Source of the DNA: a virus
Taxonomy: Duplodnaviria > Caudoviricetes
Virus record (IMG/VR): IMGVR_UViG_3300031853_000001
Location: 116,933 to 180,932 of that record
DNA: 64,000 nt
Direction: 5' to 3' (one strand)
Part shown: piece after piece, positions 35,461-45,811 of the stretch
Numbering within the stretch: position 1 is the first letter of the stretch
Layout of the letters: the number at the start of each line of letters is the position of its first letter
Position numbers and translations under genes: made by a program
The notes under the pieces: generated by a model
The model's input: the letters and a program-made list of their open reading frames with translations, nothing else
What the model was told of the DNA's origin: nothing
Database searches by the model: none

Positions 35461-37839
35461 TTGATTTACGAAACTGACTTTCAAAAACAAATTGAAAATG
35501 CTTTCTTGACCTACGGAGCATCCGTGGCGCAAGAACGTGCCATTCCCGATGTTCGGGATATGCTCAAAATCGGTTTGCGTCAAGGACTGTATGCTCAATT
35601 CACAAATAAACTAACTCATAAGGACAAGATGCAAAAAGCACAGAAGTCCGTAGCAGCAGCCATGAACCAAAGTTACGTTCATGGTGATGTTGCTATGTAT
35701 GACACTTTCATTCGTGCGGCAAGACCTTGGTCTTATCGTTATCCTATTGAGGATGTTCAAGGTAGCTTTGGTAATCCATCTTCTCCTGATAGTCATGCGG
35801 CCGCGCGCTATGTTGAGATGCGCGCAGGTGAAATGGCGGATTATTTCTTTGCTGGTTTAAAGAAAAACGCGATTGGAGAACAATGGTATTCTAATTATGA
35901 TGATACAGAAATGATACCTTCTGTATTTCCCTCTGTTGGTTATTGGAATATTGTAAATGGTTGTTCTGGCATTGCTGTTGCGATGGCTACATCAGTTCCA
36001 CAATTTAACTTGCGTGAAGTTAATGAAGCATTAATTAAGATTATTCAAAATCCCGACGTAAGTTTCAATGAAATTTATTGTGCTCCAGATTTCGCAACTG
36101 GTGGAACAATTACCAATGCTAAGGCTGTTAAAGAAAGTTTAAAAAATGGTAAGGGAGAATCTATTCGTTTAAAGGCGAAGTTAGAATATTTCCCAGACCA
36201 AAATATGATTCAAGCTACCGAACTCCCTTATGGTGTTTTCACCAATACAATTATAGACCAACTAGCCGCGCTCACAAATGAAAATGAAAGTTATGGAATA
36301 GAACGAGTAGTTGACCATACGAAGAAAACAGCTGATATTCGCATTTACTTATCTAAGGGAGCAAACCCAAAGAAAATGATAGCAAAATTATATAAAGATA
36401 CTAGTCTTGAGAACTGGTATGCCATAAATATGATTTTGTTAGATAATGGCCGTTTCCCAAAAGTATTTGGTTGGCGTGAAGCCTGTGATGCTTATATTAC
36501 TCATATTAGAGAATGTAAGCGTAATATGGTTCAATTTGATTTAGATAAAGCTCTTGCTCGTGAAAATGTAGTAGAAGGATTAATTCTCGCGGCTGCATCC
36601 ATTGATGAAGTCGTAGCAATTATTCGTTCTTCTCAAAATCCCGCAGAAGCGTCAACTAAGTTAATTGCTCGTTTTAAGTTTAATGAAGAACAAACCAAAG
36701 CAATTCTTGCTATGAAGCTATCTTCATTAACAAAAATAGATGCTATTAAGCTAAATGATGAACTGGAAGAACTTAAAAGAAAAATTAAGGAGTATCAACA
36801 CTTATTATCTGATACTACCGCTTTGAATAATGAATTAATAAAAACACTACAGGTAGTTGCTGATAAATATGGAGATGCTCGTCGTACAAAAATTTTAAAT
36901 ATTGTAGAAAACGATAACGAAGAAGAACAGCAAATTCAAGAAGAAGAAATTGGTATTATGTTATTTGATAACAATATGCTTCGTCTTGTTAAAAAAGAGG
37001 ATTTACAAGGTGGAAAGCGTGGCCGTCGTGGAGTAAATATTAAGCCGCCGAAGAACGCGAACTTAATTAATACTTTATATACAACCAATCTTGGTGTAGT
37101 AGCAGCTTTTACTAATGCAGGTAGAATGTATAACTTTTCTCTTGCAGATTTAGATTATGGAAAGGACTATTCAATTTATGAACTCATTATGCTGCAAGAT
37201 AATGAAAAAGTCCTGCTACTAATAGATACAACTTCCTTCAACTCATATCATAATTTAGTAACCATAAGTAAGAAAGGTTATATTAAAAAAACTGCGACAC
37301 GAGAATATAATATGAGAGCCAAGAAAGGTACTGCCGCGATGAAATTAGATGCTGATGACCAACTAATTGGTGTTTATCTATCTATGAGTGATGAGGATAA
37401 GATTTTTATCGCAAGTAGTAGTGGTAATTATAATTTCTATGAAATTAATGAAATATCTGACACTGGTAGATTAACCAAGGGAGTTAAAGCTATTAAGCTA
37501 ACTTCTGATGAATACATTCGTGCGGCGACTTTAATTAAAAAAGATATTGAATATCGTGGTCTATTAACCATTACTACAACTGGTAAAGGCAAGATTACTA
37601 AAATAGAAGATTTCAATACTACAAGTCGTGCGATTAAAGGTCCACAAGTTATGGCTTTAAAAGATGAAAATCTTGCTACCGTTTTTGCTGTCCCAGTATC
37701 TCAAGAGAAAATATTTATTACAACAAATAATAAAGCGGTTCTATTAAATGTAGATTCAATTCCAATTCAAAATCGTGTAACTAGTGGTGTACGAATTATT
37801 GATGGACGAGGTGTTGAATCTGAAATAGAAATTATGTAA
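35461..37839 (+). CDS. gyrA: DNA gyrase/topo IV subunit A
   Basis: RAIPDVRD.LK, HGD, AAARY (catalytic Tyr), NG.SGIAVAMAT, PDF.TGG, C-terminal pinwheel. Confidence 0.92.
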   Translation: MIYETDFQKQIENAFLTYGASVAQERAIPDVRDMLKIGLRQGLYAQFTNKLTHKDKMQKAQKSVAAAMNQSYVHGDVAMYDTFIRAARPWSYRYPIEDVQGSFGNPSSPDSHAAARYVEMRAGEMADYFFAGLKKNAIGEQWYSNYDDTEMIPSVFPSVGYWNIVNGCSGIAVAMATSVPQFNLREVNEALIKIIQNPDVSFNEIYCAPDFATGGTITNAKAVKESLKNGKGESIRLKAKLEYFPDQNMIQATELPYGVFTNTIIDQLAALTNENESYGIERVVDHTKKTADIRIYLSKGANPKKMIAKLYKDTSLENWYAINMILLDNGRFPKVFGWREACDAYITHIRECKRNMVQFDLDKALARENVVEGLILAAASIDEVVAIIRSSQNPAEASTKLIARFKFNEEQTKAILAMKLSSLTKIDAIKLNDELEELKRKIKEYQHLLSDTTALNNELIKTLQVVADKYGDARRTKILNIVENDNEEEQQIQEEEIGIMLFDNNMLRLVKKEDLQGGKRGRRGVNIKPPKNANLINTLYTTNLGVVAAFTNAGRMYNFSLADLDYGKDYSIYELIMLQDNEKVLLLIDTTSFNSYHNLVTISKKGYIKKTATREYNMRAKKGTAAMKLDADDQLIGVYLSMSDEDKIFIASSSGNYNFYEINEISDTGRLTKGVKAIKLTSDEYIRAATLIKKDIEYRGLLTITTTGKGKITKIEDFNTTSRAIKGPQVMALKDENLATVFAVPVSQEKIFITTNNKAVLLNVDSIPIQNRVTSGVRIIDGRGVESEIEIM

Positions 37840-37852
37840 TGGAGAAATTAGT

Positions 37853-38239
37853 ATGGATAAAAGATATATAGAATTATTTACTTTGATTTCTAAAAGCGTT
37901 GCTAATTTAGCGGAACAAGTTATGAATAGTCATCAAGATAAAGGAGAAACCAAAGAACAGGAAACTGCTCAGATTATGCGTGATGATTATATGGCTCTTC
38001 ACGATAAACTTACCACAGGTGAAGATTTAGTAAAGGCAGATTTTGCTCGACTACTTGTCGGTGCAATTATTATTACTAATCAATTAGATGCTCGTATTAA
38101 GAATGAACAAAAGGCTTTAGATGGCTATAAGATAGATGTTATTCCTAAGTTAGATAGAATTAATAATACTGAAGCAGATGAAATTCCTTCTCTCGCAGTT
38201 GAACTATTTAATATTAAAGAATCAGATAATCAGGAATAA
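37853..38239 (+). CDS. hypothetical protein
   Basis: RBS GGAG. Confidence 0.7.
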   Translation: MDKRYIELFTLISKSVANLAEQVMNSHQDKGETKEQETAQIMRDDYMALHDKLTTGEDLVKADFARLLVGAIIITNQLDARIKNEQKALDGYKIDVIPKLDRINNTEADEIPSLAVELFNIKESDNQE

Positions 38240-38458
38240 TTAATATTTGACTTTTATAGAAAATTGTAATATAATATAATTACAGAAAAGGGAAAGGAAA
38301 ATACCGAGCTTGAACTTTTAGCAAGAAAAAATTATTTAACATTTGACTTTCACCTAAAAATCTGTTATAATATTTACATAAAGAGGAAAAGGAGAAAAGA
38401 AAGTCCTTGCCGCTTTAAAAAACTATTAACAAACGTATTAAAAGGAGATTGATGTATT

Positions 38459-38818
38459 ATGATTACCCCAAATAGTGAACTAGTTCTAAATTATCTAAAG
38501 AAGCATTTTGGCCAGGAGTTTACCAAGCAGGAGATCGCAGAGACTCTAAATATTTCAGTTCCCGCCGTTACTGGTTCTATTAATGGCCTAGTAAAGAAGG
38601 GCTATGTTGTTGAGCGTCTAGAAGAGGTTGAGGTAGAGCCCGCCACCGATACTCGCAAGGCAAAGGTTAAGACTATTCGTCACGAGACTCTAACTGAGAC
38701 TGGTCTAGCTTATGACCCAGTAGCTGAGGAAGAGGCTAAGCAGGCTGCTAAGGCTGCCGAGAAGGAGCGTAAGGCTGCTGAGCGTGCCGCTGCTAAGGCC
38801 GCAAAAGAGAACGCCTAA
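38459..38818 (+). CDS. winged-HTH DNA-binding protein with AK-rich tail
   Basis: T..EIAETLNIS..AV.GSINGLVKKG; tandem promoters upstream. Confidence 0.75.
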   Translation: MITPNSELVLNYLKKHFGQEFTKQEIAETLNISVPAVTGSINGLVKKGYVVERLEEVEVEPATDTRKAKVKTIRHETLTETGLAYDPVAEEEAKQAAKAAEKERKAAERAAAKAAKENA

Positions 38819-38924
38819 TTAAATAGATTGGAGCGGTCCCCGCTCGGGGCCGCTCTTTTATCTTGATAAATTATTAAATTTATGTTAAAATAAATATACA
38901 AAATAAATAAATGAGGTAAAAAAT

Positions 38925-39815
38925 ATGAGCAAGAATATTATGGAACAAGCAACAAATAAGGTAAATATTGTTGGTAAGCTACTAGATACAACTTTCCGTG
39001 AAGGTAAGACTTCTACTGGTCAGACTTATGAGAGCTGTAATTTTACAGTTCGGGTCACTCAAACCTATGGTGGCCGTGAGGAAACCAGTGAAATTCCAGT
39101 AAGCATTTTTGCGACTCAATATACTTCCCAGAATAAGCCGCATCCTGGTTATAAGAATATTCAGGAAATGAAGAAAATGAAGACTGTTCAAGATTATGGC
39201 GAAGCTGAAGCTACCGTTGTTCGTATGACTAGTGCGAATATTCGCGAAAACAACTTCGTATCTCGTAATGGTCAGCTAATTAATGGTTGGCAGATTAACA
39301 CTTCCTTCCTAAACGAAGGTAAGACTTCTGATATTGCTTCCTTTAATATGGACATCTTCATTATGGATATGCACGAGGAGATGGATCGTGAAGGTGAGCC
39401 TACTGGCCGTCTAGTTATTAAGGGTGCTGTTGTTCAGTATCTGGGTAGACTTGACGTAATTGAATTTATCGTTGAAGGTTCTGACGCCGTTAATTATATT
39501 TCTCGTAATTGGGAAGAGAATAAGACTGTTAATGTTGGCGGTCGTATTCGTGTAACTTCTCAGGAAGAGAAGCGTTCTGCCAACGAAAGTTCTTGGGGTG
39601 AAGAGCTACCAGAAACTTCCACTCGTATGGTTCGTGAGCTAATTATCACTCGTGGTTCTGATGAGCCATTTGATGACGATTTTGCTTATGATGCTACAGA
39701 AATTAAGAAAGCATTTAATGAGCGTAAGGCTCGTCTAGAGCAGATGCAGATTGATGCTAAGAAGGGCTCTCCTGCGAAGGCAGCTGCCTCTGATAAGAAG
39801 TATAGTTGGGAATAA
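38925..39815 (+). CDS. ssDNA-binding protein (OB fold)
   Basis: NKVNIVG.L; replication-module context. Confidence 0.65.
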   Translation: MSKNIMEQATNKVNIVGKLLDTTFREGKTSTGQTYESCNFTVRVTQTYGGREETSEIPVSIFATQYTSQNKPHPGYKNIQEMKKMKTVQDYGEAEATVVRMTSANIRENNFVSRNGQLINGWQINTSFLNEGKTSDIASFNMDIFIMDMHEEMDREGEPTGRLVIKGAVVQYLGRLDVIEFIVEGSDAVNYISRNWEENKTVNVGGRIRVTSQEEKRSANESSWGEELPETSTRMVRELIITRGSDEPFDDDFAYDATEIKKAFNERKARLEQMQIDAKKGSPAKAAASDKKYSWE

Positions 39816-39851
39816 TAAATTCCCAACTATATTTTAAAGGAGGGCTAAGTT

Positions 39852-40853
39852 ATGGCTGATATAGATATTTTTAATTTAAGTCCAAGTGTTATAGACAAGT
39901 CGCTTAAGGGAAAGTATTTACTTATTTATGGTTCTAGTAAAATCGGCAAAACTTCTTTTGCAGTTCAAGCTCCTCGAACATTAACTTGTGCTTTTGAATT
40001 AGGTCTTAATGCTTTAAGCGGGCAAAGATATGTGCCTATTCCAAAATGGTCAGATTTCAAAAAGGTACTTTCTCAGTTGCGGAAACCCCAAGCCAGAGAG
40101 ATGTATGATACTATTGTTATTGATACAGCAACTTGGGCTTATGGTCTTTGTGAAAAATATATTTTACAGAGAGAGGGCGCGGATGATATAAGGTCGATAC
40201 CCTGGGGGCAGGGTTGGGGCATGGTAAAAAATGAATTTTCAGAATCGTTGCGCGAAATTACAATGCTAGGTTTTGGAATTATTCTTATTTGCCACGAAAA
40301 AGAAAAACCCACAGAATTTCGGGACGAAGAAGGAAATGCGATTTCAAGAGTTGAACCAGATGGCCCGCGTCAAATGCGAGAAATTATAGACGCTCTTGTT
40401 GATATTATCGGCTATATTGGAGTAGAATTTGATCCTGTCACTGGTGAAAGTGTTAGATATTTATATACTCGTTCTACCCCAACTATTTTTGCTGGTTCTA
40501 GGTATCGTTATCTAGCTCCTAAAATTAAATTTGGATATCAAGAATTAGTAGATGCAATAGGACAAGCAATTGATGACTCAGTAGAAAAAGATGGCGCACA
40601 AGTAACAGAACACGCAGAGACTGTTCAAATTAAATCTCGTTCATTTACGGATGTTATGCAAGAAGCAAGAGATATTTGGATTTCTTATTTAAATGATGGA
40701 AAAACAGATGAAGATAAAGAGCAACGATTAAGAATTATGAAAGATATTGTTCGTCGAATTTTTGGTTCAGAGGATTTTAAAATTAGTGGGGCTGTAATGT
40801 CACAACAAGATCTTGTTGAACTTTTTATAGATGAAATGAAAAATTTGGAATAA
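39852..40853 (+). CDS. AAA_24/Sak4-like ATPase
   Basis: LIYGSSKIGKT, IVIDT, WGQGW, ICHE, DIIGY. Confidence 0.8.
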   Translation: MADIDIFNLSPSVIDKSLKGKYLLIYGSSKIGKTSFAVQAPRTLTCAFELGLNALSGQRYVPIPKWSDFKKVLSQLRKPQAREMYDTIVIDTATWAYGLCEKYILQREGADDIRSIPWGQGWGMVKNEFSESLREITMLGFGIILICHEKEKPTEFRDEEGNAISRVEPDGPRQMREIIDALVDIIGYIGVEFDPVTGESVRYLYTRSTPTIFAGSRYRYLAPKIKFGYQELVDAIGQAIDDSVEKDGAQVTEHAETVQIKSRSFTDVMQEARDIWISYLNDGKTDEDKEQRLRIMKDIVRRIFGSEDFKISGAVMSQQDLVELFIDEMKNLE

Positions 40854-40922
40854 AATTAAATAATTTACCTTTTATATCACTACTAATTTTATGAGTGAGA
40901 AAGTAATTAGGAGTGAAAAAAA

Positions 40923-41987
40923 ATGGGAATTATTTATTTAATGACAAATAAAATTAATGGCCTACAATATGTAGGCCAAACTTCTTTAACTTTAGCCGCG
41001 AGAATGAGAGGGCATAAAAATGAAGCAAAATATCTAAAACCAAATGTTTATTTTGTGAGAGCAATGCACAAGTATGGGTTTGAAAATTTTGATGTAAAAA
41101 TAATCGAAGAATGCCCGGATGAAAATTTAGATGAAAGAGAAGTATTTTGGATTTCTGAATATAACACTTTCTTAGGGCCAGGTTATAATTCTACACGGGG
41201 CGGACAAGGAAACAAAAAAATTTTAAACTCTGATATTGCAAAATTATGGGATGCAGGTTTTACGCGCGCCGAAATTGCGGATAAGTTAAATTGCAGTAAA
41301 GCAACTGTTACAAATGGTTTTAGAATTTTGGGTATTTCGCAAGAAGAAATAAGAAAAAGAGGCCAATCTTTAGTCTGTAAGAAAAAAGAAGTTTTACAAT
41401 ATGATTTGTCAGGTATGTTAATTGCCACATATTCCTGTGTAGATGAAGCCGCAAGAATAATTGGTGGTTCTTCCAGTATTATTCGACAAGTTTGTAATCA
41501 TCATTTGCATACAGGATTTGGCTATATTTGGTGCCACGCAGATGAACCAAAAGCTATCCAAGAACTTATAAACGAGATTCCTAAATCTAAACGAGAAAAA
41601 CAAGTAGAACAATATGATTTAAACGGTAAATTAATTAAAATATATAATTCTTGTGCAGAAGCCAGCCGGCAACTAAACGTCAGTGCTTGCACAATTGAAC
41701 AGGCCGCAAGAGGAGAACTTTTTTCGTGCGCCAATTTTCTTTGGAAATATACTAATGATAGTATAGAAATTGGAGAAAAAGTTCAAAAAAATCAGAGTAA
41801 AAAAGATTATAAAAAAAGACAAATAAATCAATACGATTTAAAAGGCAAGTTTATAATGTCACATAATTCAGCTAAAGAAGCTTCTTTATTTATCGGCAAA
41901 GAGCAAGGAAGTTCTTCTATTACAAAAGCTTGTCGCGGGAAATTAAAAACTGCATACGGTTATAAGTGGAGTTATGCTGAAGCATAA
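40923..41987 (+). CDS. GIY-YIG homing endonuclease with NUMOD1 repeats
   Basis: GIIY..YVGQT; repeated QYDL.G...S..EA..AYGYKW. Confidence 0.88.
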   Translation: MGIIYLMTNKINGLQYVGQTSLTLAARMRGHKNEAKYLKPNVYFVRAMHKYGFENFDVKIIEECPDENLDEREVFWISEYNTFLGPGYNSTRGGQGNKKILNSDIAKLWDAGFTRAEIADKLNCSKATVTNGFRILGISQEEIRKRGQSLVCKKKEVLQYDLSGMLIATYSCVDEAARIIGGSSSIIRQVCNHHLHTGFGYIWCHADEPKAIQELINEIPKSKREKQVEQYDLNGKLIKIYNSCAEASRQLNVSACTIEQAARGELFSCANFLWKYTNDSIEIGEKVQKNQSKKDYKKRQINQYDLKGKFIMSHNSAKEASLFIGKEQGSSSITKACRGKLKTAYGYKWSYAEA

Positions 41988-42053
41988 CTTCACTTGACTT
42001 TTTTTAAAAACTGTGCTATACTTAATATAGTAAAAGTATAGGAAGGTGTTTAT

Positions 42054-42548
42054 ATGGCAATTCGTCCAACTCATAAATGTCATGTTTGTAAAGAAGTTTT
42101 TAGAAATGAAGATATGGTAAATTACGCCAGTCCTCGCTCGAAAACTTCTTATTGGTATTGTAAAAAGTGCTATGATGAAAAAATGGCACAAGAAAATTTT
42201 TCTAATAAAGTTTGTTCTATTTTTGGAATTAAAACTCCTGGCCCAAGGATTTGGGCTGAGCGTAAGCGTTTAATAGATACTTATGGATATACTGATGAAA
42301 CAATTGTAAATTGTTTAGATTATATTTATAATGTTCTTAAAAAGCCAAAAAAAGTTGAAACAATTTATTTAGTTAATCCAACTATGGTTGATGAAATGAT
42401 GCGTTATAAGCGACAGCAAAATCATAAAAGTTTAAATCTTGCGGCCGCACTTCAAACTGAAGTGCATGAGCATATTGTTCCAATTAAAGAAAATGTTGGT
42501 GGGAAAAAGAAAGTAAATTATGATCCAGATGAATGGCTGGATGATTAA
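42054..42548 (+). CDS. Zn-finger replication-module protein
   Basis: C..C..C..C; directly upstream of helicase. Confidence 0.6.
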   Translation: MAIRPTHKCHVCKEVFRNEDMVNYASPRSKTSYWYCKKCYDEKMAQENFSNKVCSIFGIKTPGPRIWAERKRLIDTYGYTDETIVNCLDYIYNVLKKPKKVETIYLVNPTMVDEMMRYKRQQNHKSLNLAAALQTEVHEHIVPIKENVGGKKKVNYDPDEWLDD

Positions 42549-42562
42549 GGAGAGATTTAGTT

Positions 42563-44188
42563 GTGACTTTATCAGACAAAATGGCATATCGTCAAATTAT
42601 AGGGTGTTTGATGAAAAATCCTCTTTTATTTTTAGAGTATCCCGACATACATCCTCTTGACTTTGATAACACAAATAAAGTCGCACGAATTTGTTTTATA
42701 AGTATTCAAAGGTTATATAACGAAGGAGCAACTAAATTAACACCAATTGAAGTAGATCAAGAAATAGAGAAACATATTAATAGTGCGGCGATTTATAATA
42801 ATGATGGTGGTCTTGATTTTTTAAAAGCTTGTTTTGAGTTTGCAGAATTAGCAAATTTCAAAGTTTACTATACAAGATTAAAAAAATATTCTTTATTAAG
42901 AAGATTGATTAGTGAAGGATATGACGTTAGCGAATTTTATGTAGATGATAAAAGTGATGTAAGTCCAATTGAAGAAGCTGAAATTCAAGAGCGTTTTGAC
43001 GGCGCGTCAATTGAAGATATATTAAATTCTGTTGAAGGAAAATATAATATAATTCGCAATGAGTTTTTACAAGGAGGGTCAATGAATGGAGACCCATCAG
43101 AAGGAATTTTTGAACTTATTGATGAATTACAAAAACTTCCGAATATTGGGCCAAGTTTAGAAGGCAAGTTTTTAAGCACAGCAGTTCGTGGCGCGAGACA
43201 GGGCTGTTTTTATTTAAAGACAGCAAGTTCTGGCGCTGGTAAAACAAGAACAGCTGTATTTGATGCTTGTCATTTAGCATACCCAATAAGGTATTCTCAC
43301 GAAAAAGGGACTTTTATTAGAGAGATAGATGAAGATGGAAATCCGCGGCAACCTCGTAAAGTTTTGTTTATTGTAACAGAGATGGATAAAGAAGAACTTC
43401 AAACTATTATGCTTGCTTATTTATCAGGGGTAAATGAATCTCATATTCTTACTGGTAAATATGACGGTGGTGAAATAGACAGAGTTCGTTTTGCAGGAAC
43501 AATTCTTCAAATGTATAAAGGTTATTTTATAATTGAAGAAATTAGTGACCCAAATCTAGTTAATGTTGAAGCAACAATTAAGAAATATGCGACAATTGAC
43601 GAAGTTAAGTATGTCGCATTTGACTATATACATTCAACCGCGAGTATGTTTGGGCAGTTCGCAAAAAATAATGTCCGAGAGGATGTTATTCTAATGATGA
43701 TGGCTAACCAACTAAAACAATTAGCAAAGGATTATAAAATCTTTATTATGTCAGCAACACAAGTTAATGCTTTGGGTATGTCTGACGACGGAGAGTTTAA
43801 AAATGAAACTAGTATTCGTGGCAGTAAAGCTGTTGCAGATAAAGCTGATGTTGGTATGGTTATGTCAAGAGTTTCAGAAAAGAATCTTAATACCTATATG
43901 ATTGAATGGCGTAAAGCCGCGAGAGAAGGTTTACTAGATTCTAAATATGTTGAAGATGAAAGATTTCGTCCAACTCACGTTTTAGATATATATAAAAATC
44001 GTCGTGGTGGTTATAAAAATGTTAGAATTTGGATAAGACTCCATTTAGGAACTGGTGAGCGTGAAGATTTGTTTATGACAACCGCGGAAAATGAGCCAAT
44101 TAGAGAACCGTACATTGATCTGTTTTCATCCGCCCGCGAAGAAATTATAAATTGGAGAAATTATTTTGAAAGGGATTCAAAAGAATGA
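42563..44188 (+). CDS. dnaB: DnaB-like replicative helicase
   Basis: SGAGKT, TEM, FDYI, LKQLA, ATQVN, KNRRG. Confidence 0.9.
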   Translation: MTLSDKMAYRQIIGCLMKNPLLFLEYPDIHPLDFDNTNKVARICFISIQRLYNEGATKLTPIEVDQEIEKHINSAAIYNNDGGLDFLKACFEFAELANFKVYYTRLKKYSLLRRLISEGYDVSEFYVDDKSDVSPIEEAEIQERFDGASIEDILNSVEGKYNIIRNEFLQGGSMNGDPSEGIFELIDELQKLPNIGPSLEGKFLSTAVRGARQGCFYLKTASSGAGKTRTAVFDACHLAYPIRYSHEKGTFIREIDEDGNPRQPRKVLFIVTEMDKEELQTIMLAYLSGVNESHILTGKYDGGEIDRVRFAGTILQMYKGYFIIEEISDPNLVNVEATIKKYATIDEVKYVAFDYIHSTASMFGQFAKNNVREDVILMMMANQLKQLAKDYKIFIMSATQVNALGMSDDGEFKNETSIRGSKAVADKADVGMVMSRVSEKNLNTYMIEWRKAAREGLLDSKYVEDERFRPTHVLDIYKNRRGGYKNVRIWIRLHLGTGEREDLFMTTAENEPIREPYIDLFSSAREEIINWRNYFERDSKE

Positions 44189-45306
44189 CAAATTTTAATG
44201 AAGCTGATAGAGATGCTTATTTAGCAACTTTAAATACTAAAGATATAATTGATTCAATTACTCTAATAGATGTTAAAAACTTTTTAGAAAGTTTAGGAGT
44301 AGAGCAAATAGATGTTAATGAAGAAAAACAGTATCTAGTTTGCCCTACAATTTGTCATAATCCAATTCACGAAGCGGAGTCGATGAAACTGTATTGGTAT
44401 CAAAATAATAAAATTTTTAGATGCTATACAGAATGTGATGAAGCAATGTCAATATTTGAATTATACCGCAAATATATGGCGTTAAATCAATATCCAATTA
44501 CGCTAGAAGAAGCAGAAAATTATGTTAAACAATTTTTAAAACATATTATAGTTACTACGAAGCGAGCAAATTCCAGTTTTGAAAATGATATTGAAAAATA
44601 TAAATATACTGCGAATATTCCAGTATTAGATGAATATTCACCAGTAGTATTAGATTATTTTACAAAATATTATCATCCTCTTTGGTTAAAGGATGGGATA
44701 ACCAAAGAAGCTATGGATAAATTTAAAATTAAATTTTCTCTTGGACAAAATAAAATTATTATTCCACATTTTGATATTGAAGGTCGGTTAATTGGTATTC
44801 GCGGCCGTGCCTTAGAGAAAAAAGAAATAGAAGAATATGGAAAATATCGTCCAATTCAAATTGGGAAAATTTTATATACCCATCCCTTACAATTTAATCT
44901 ATATGGTATTTATGAGCATCAGAAAGCCATTTCTAAACGTAGATGCGCGATTATAGCCGAAGCTGAAAAATCTGTTCTATTAGATGATGGTTATTATGGT
45001 GAATGGAGCAATTGTGTTGCTTGTTGTGGTTCTACATTTAATAAATATCATATTAGTTTATTAACAGATATATTAGGAGCAAATGAAATTATTGTTGCTT
45101 TGGATAAAGAATATACTGATTGGCGAACAGAAAAAGCTCAGAAATACCGAGATAAAATAGAACATATGTGTAAAAAATATTCTAATCAAGCTTCTTTCTC
45201 TTATATTTGGGATTTTGATAATCTACTTAATGAAAAAGATTCTCCCTTTGATAGAGGCAAGGAAGTATTTGAAGAACTTTATAAAAATAGAATTAGAGTG
45301 AGGTAA
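44185..45306 (+). CDS. DNA primase
   Basis: TICHN..CYTEC Zn motif; IIIP, IRGR, EAEKS, ALDK Toprim. Confidence 0.85.
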   Translation: MTNFNEADRDAYLATLNTKDIIDSITLIDVKNFLESLGVEQIDVNEEKQYLVCPTICHNPIHEAESMKLYWYQNNKIFRCYTECDEAMSIFELYRKYMALNQYPITLEEAENYVKQFLKHIIVTTKRANSSFENDIEKYKYTANIPVLDEYSPVVLDYFTKYYHPLWLKDGITKEAMDKFKIKFSLGQNKIIIPHFDIEGRLIGIRGRALEKKEIEEYGKYRPIQIGKILYTHPLQFNLYGIYEHQKAISKRRCAIIAEAEKSVLLDDGYYGEWSNCVACCGSTFNKYHISLLTDILGANEIIVALDKEYTDWRTEKAQKYRDKIEHMCKKYSNQASFSYIWDFDNLLNEKDSPFDRGKEVFEELYKNRIRVR

Positions 45307-45310
45307 CTAT

Positions 45311-45805
45311 ATGGTACAAATTATTACTGCCCCAAGTATTGAAAAACCAAAATTTATTTCTCTATTTTTGGCGGGTGGCATTACTAATTGTAAAAATTGG
45401 CAAAATGAAGTAATAAAAGAATTAGAATTTGAAGATGTTTCTATTTTTAATCCTCGTCAAATAAATTTTGATATAAATGATAAATCCGCATCTTTTAAGC
45501 AAATATCTTGGGAATTTGAAAGATTGGAGCAAATGGAAATTTTTAGTATGTATTTTTGTGAAAGTAACTCTGACCAACCAATTTGTATGTATGAGTTAGG
45601 TCGTAATATAGTTCGCATGCAAAATAGATTTCCATCAAATTGGCAAGATAGAATAATTATTGGAGTAGAAGAAAACTATAAAAGAAAACAAGATGTAATT
45701 ATTCAGACATCATTGTGTGCCCCTCAATTATTTGTAGATAATCTTGCAAGACCTGAAACTCATGCTAATTATATAAAAAATAAAATAAGAAAAATAAAGG
45801 AGTAA
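45311..45805 (+). CDS. nucleoside 2-deoxyribosyltransferase-like protein
   Basis: FLAGGI..WQ, NPR, QI.WE, PI...ELG. Confidence 0.75.
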   Translation: MVQIITAPSIEKPKFISLFLAGGITNCKNWQNEVIKELEFEDVSIFNPRQINFDINDKSASFKQISWEFERLEQMEIFSMYFCESNSDQPICMYELGRNIVRMQNRFPSNWQDRIIIGVEENYKRKQDVIIQTSLCAPQLFVDNLARPETHANYIKNKIRKIKE

Positions 45806-45811
45806 TAGCCT

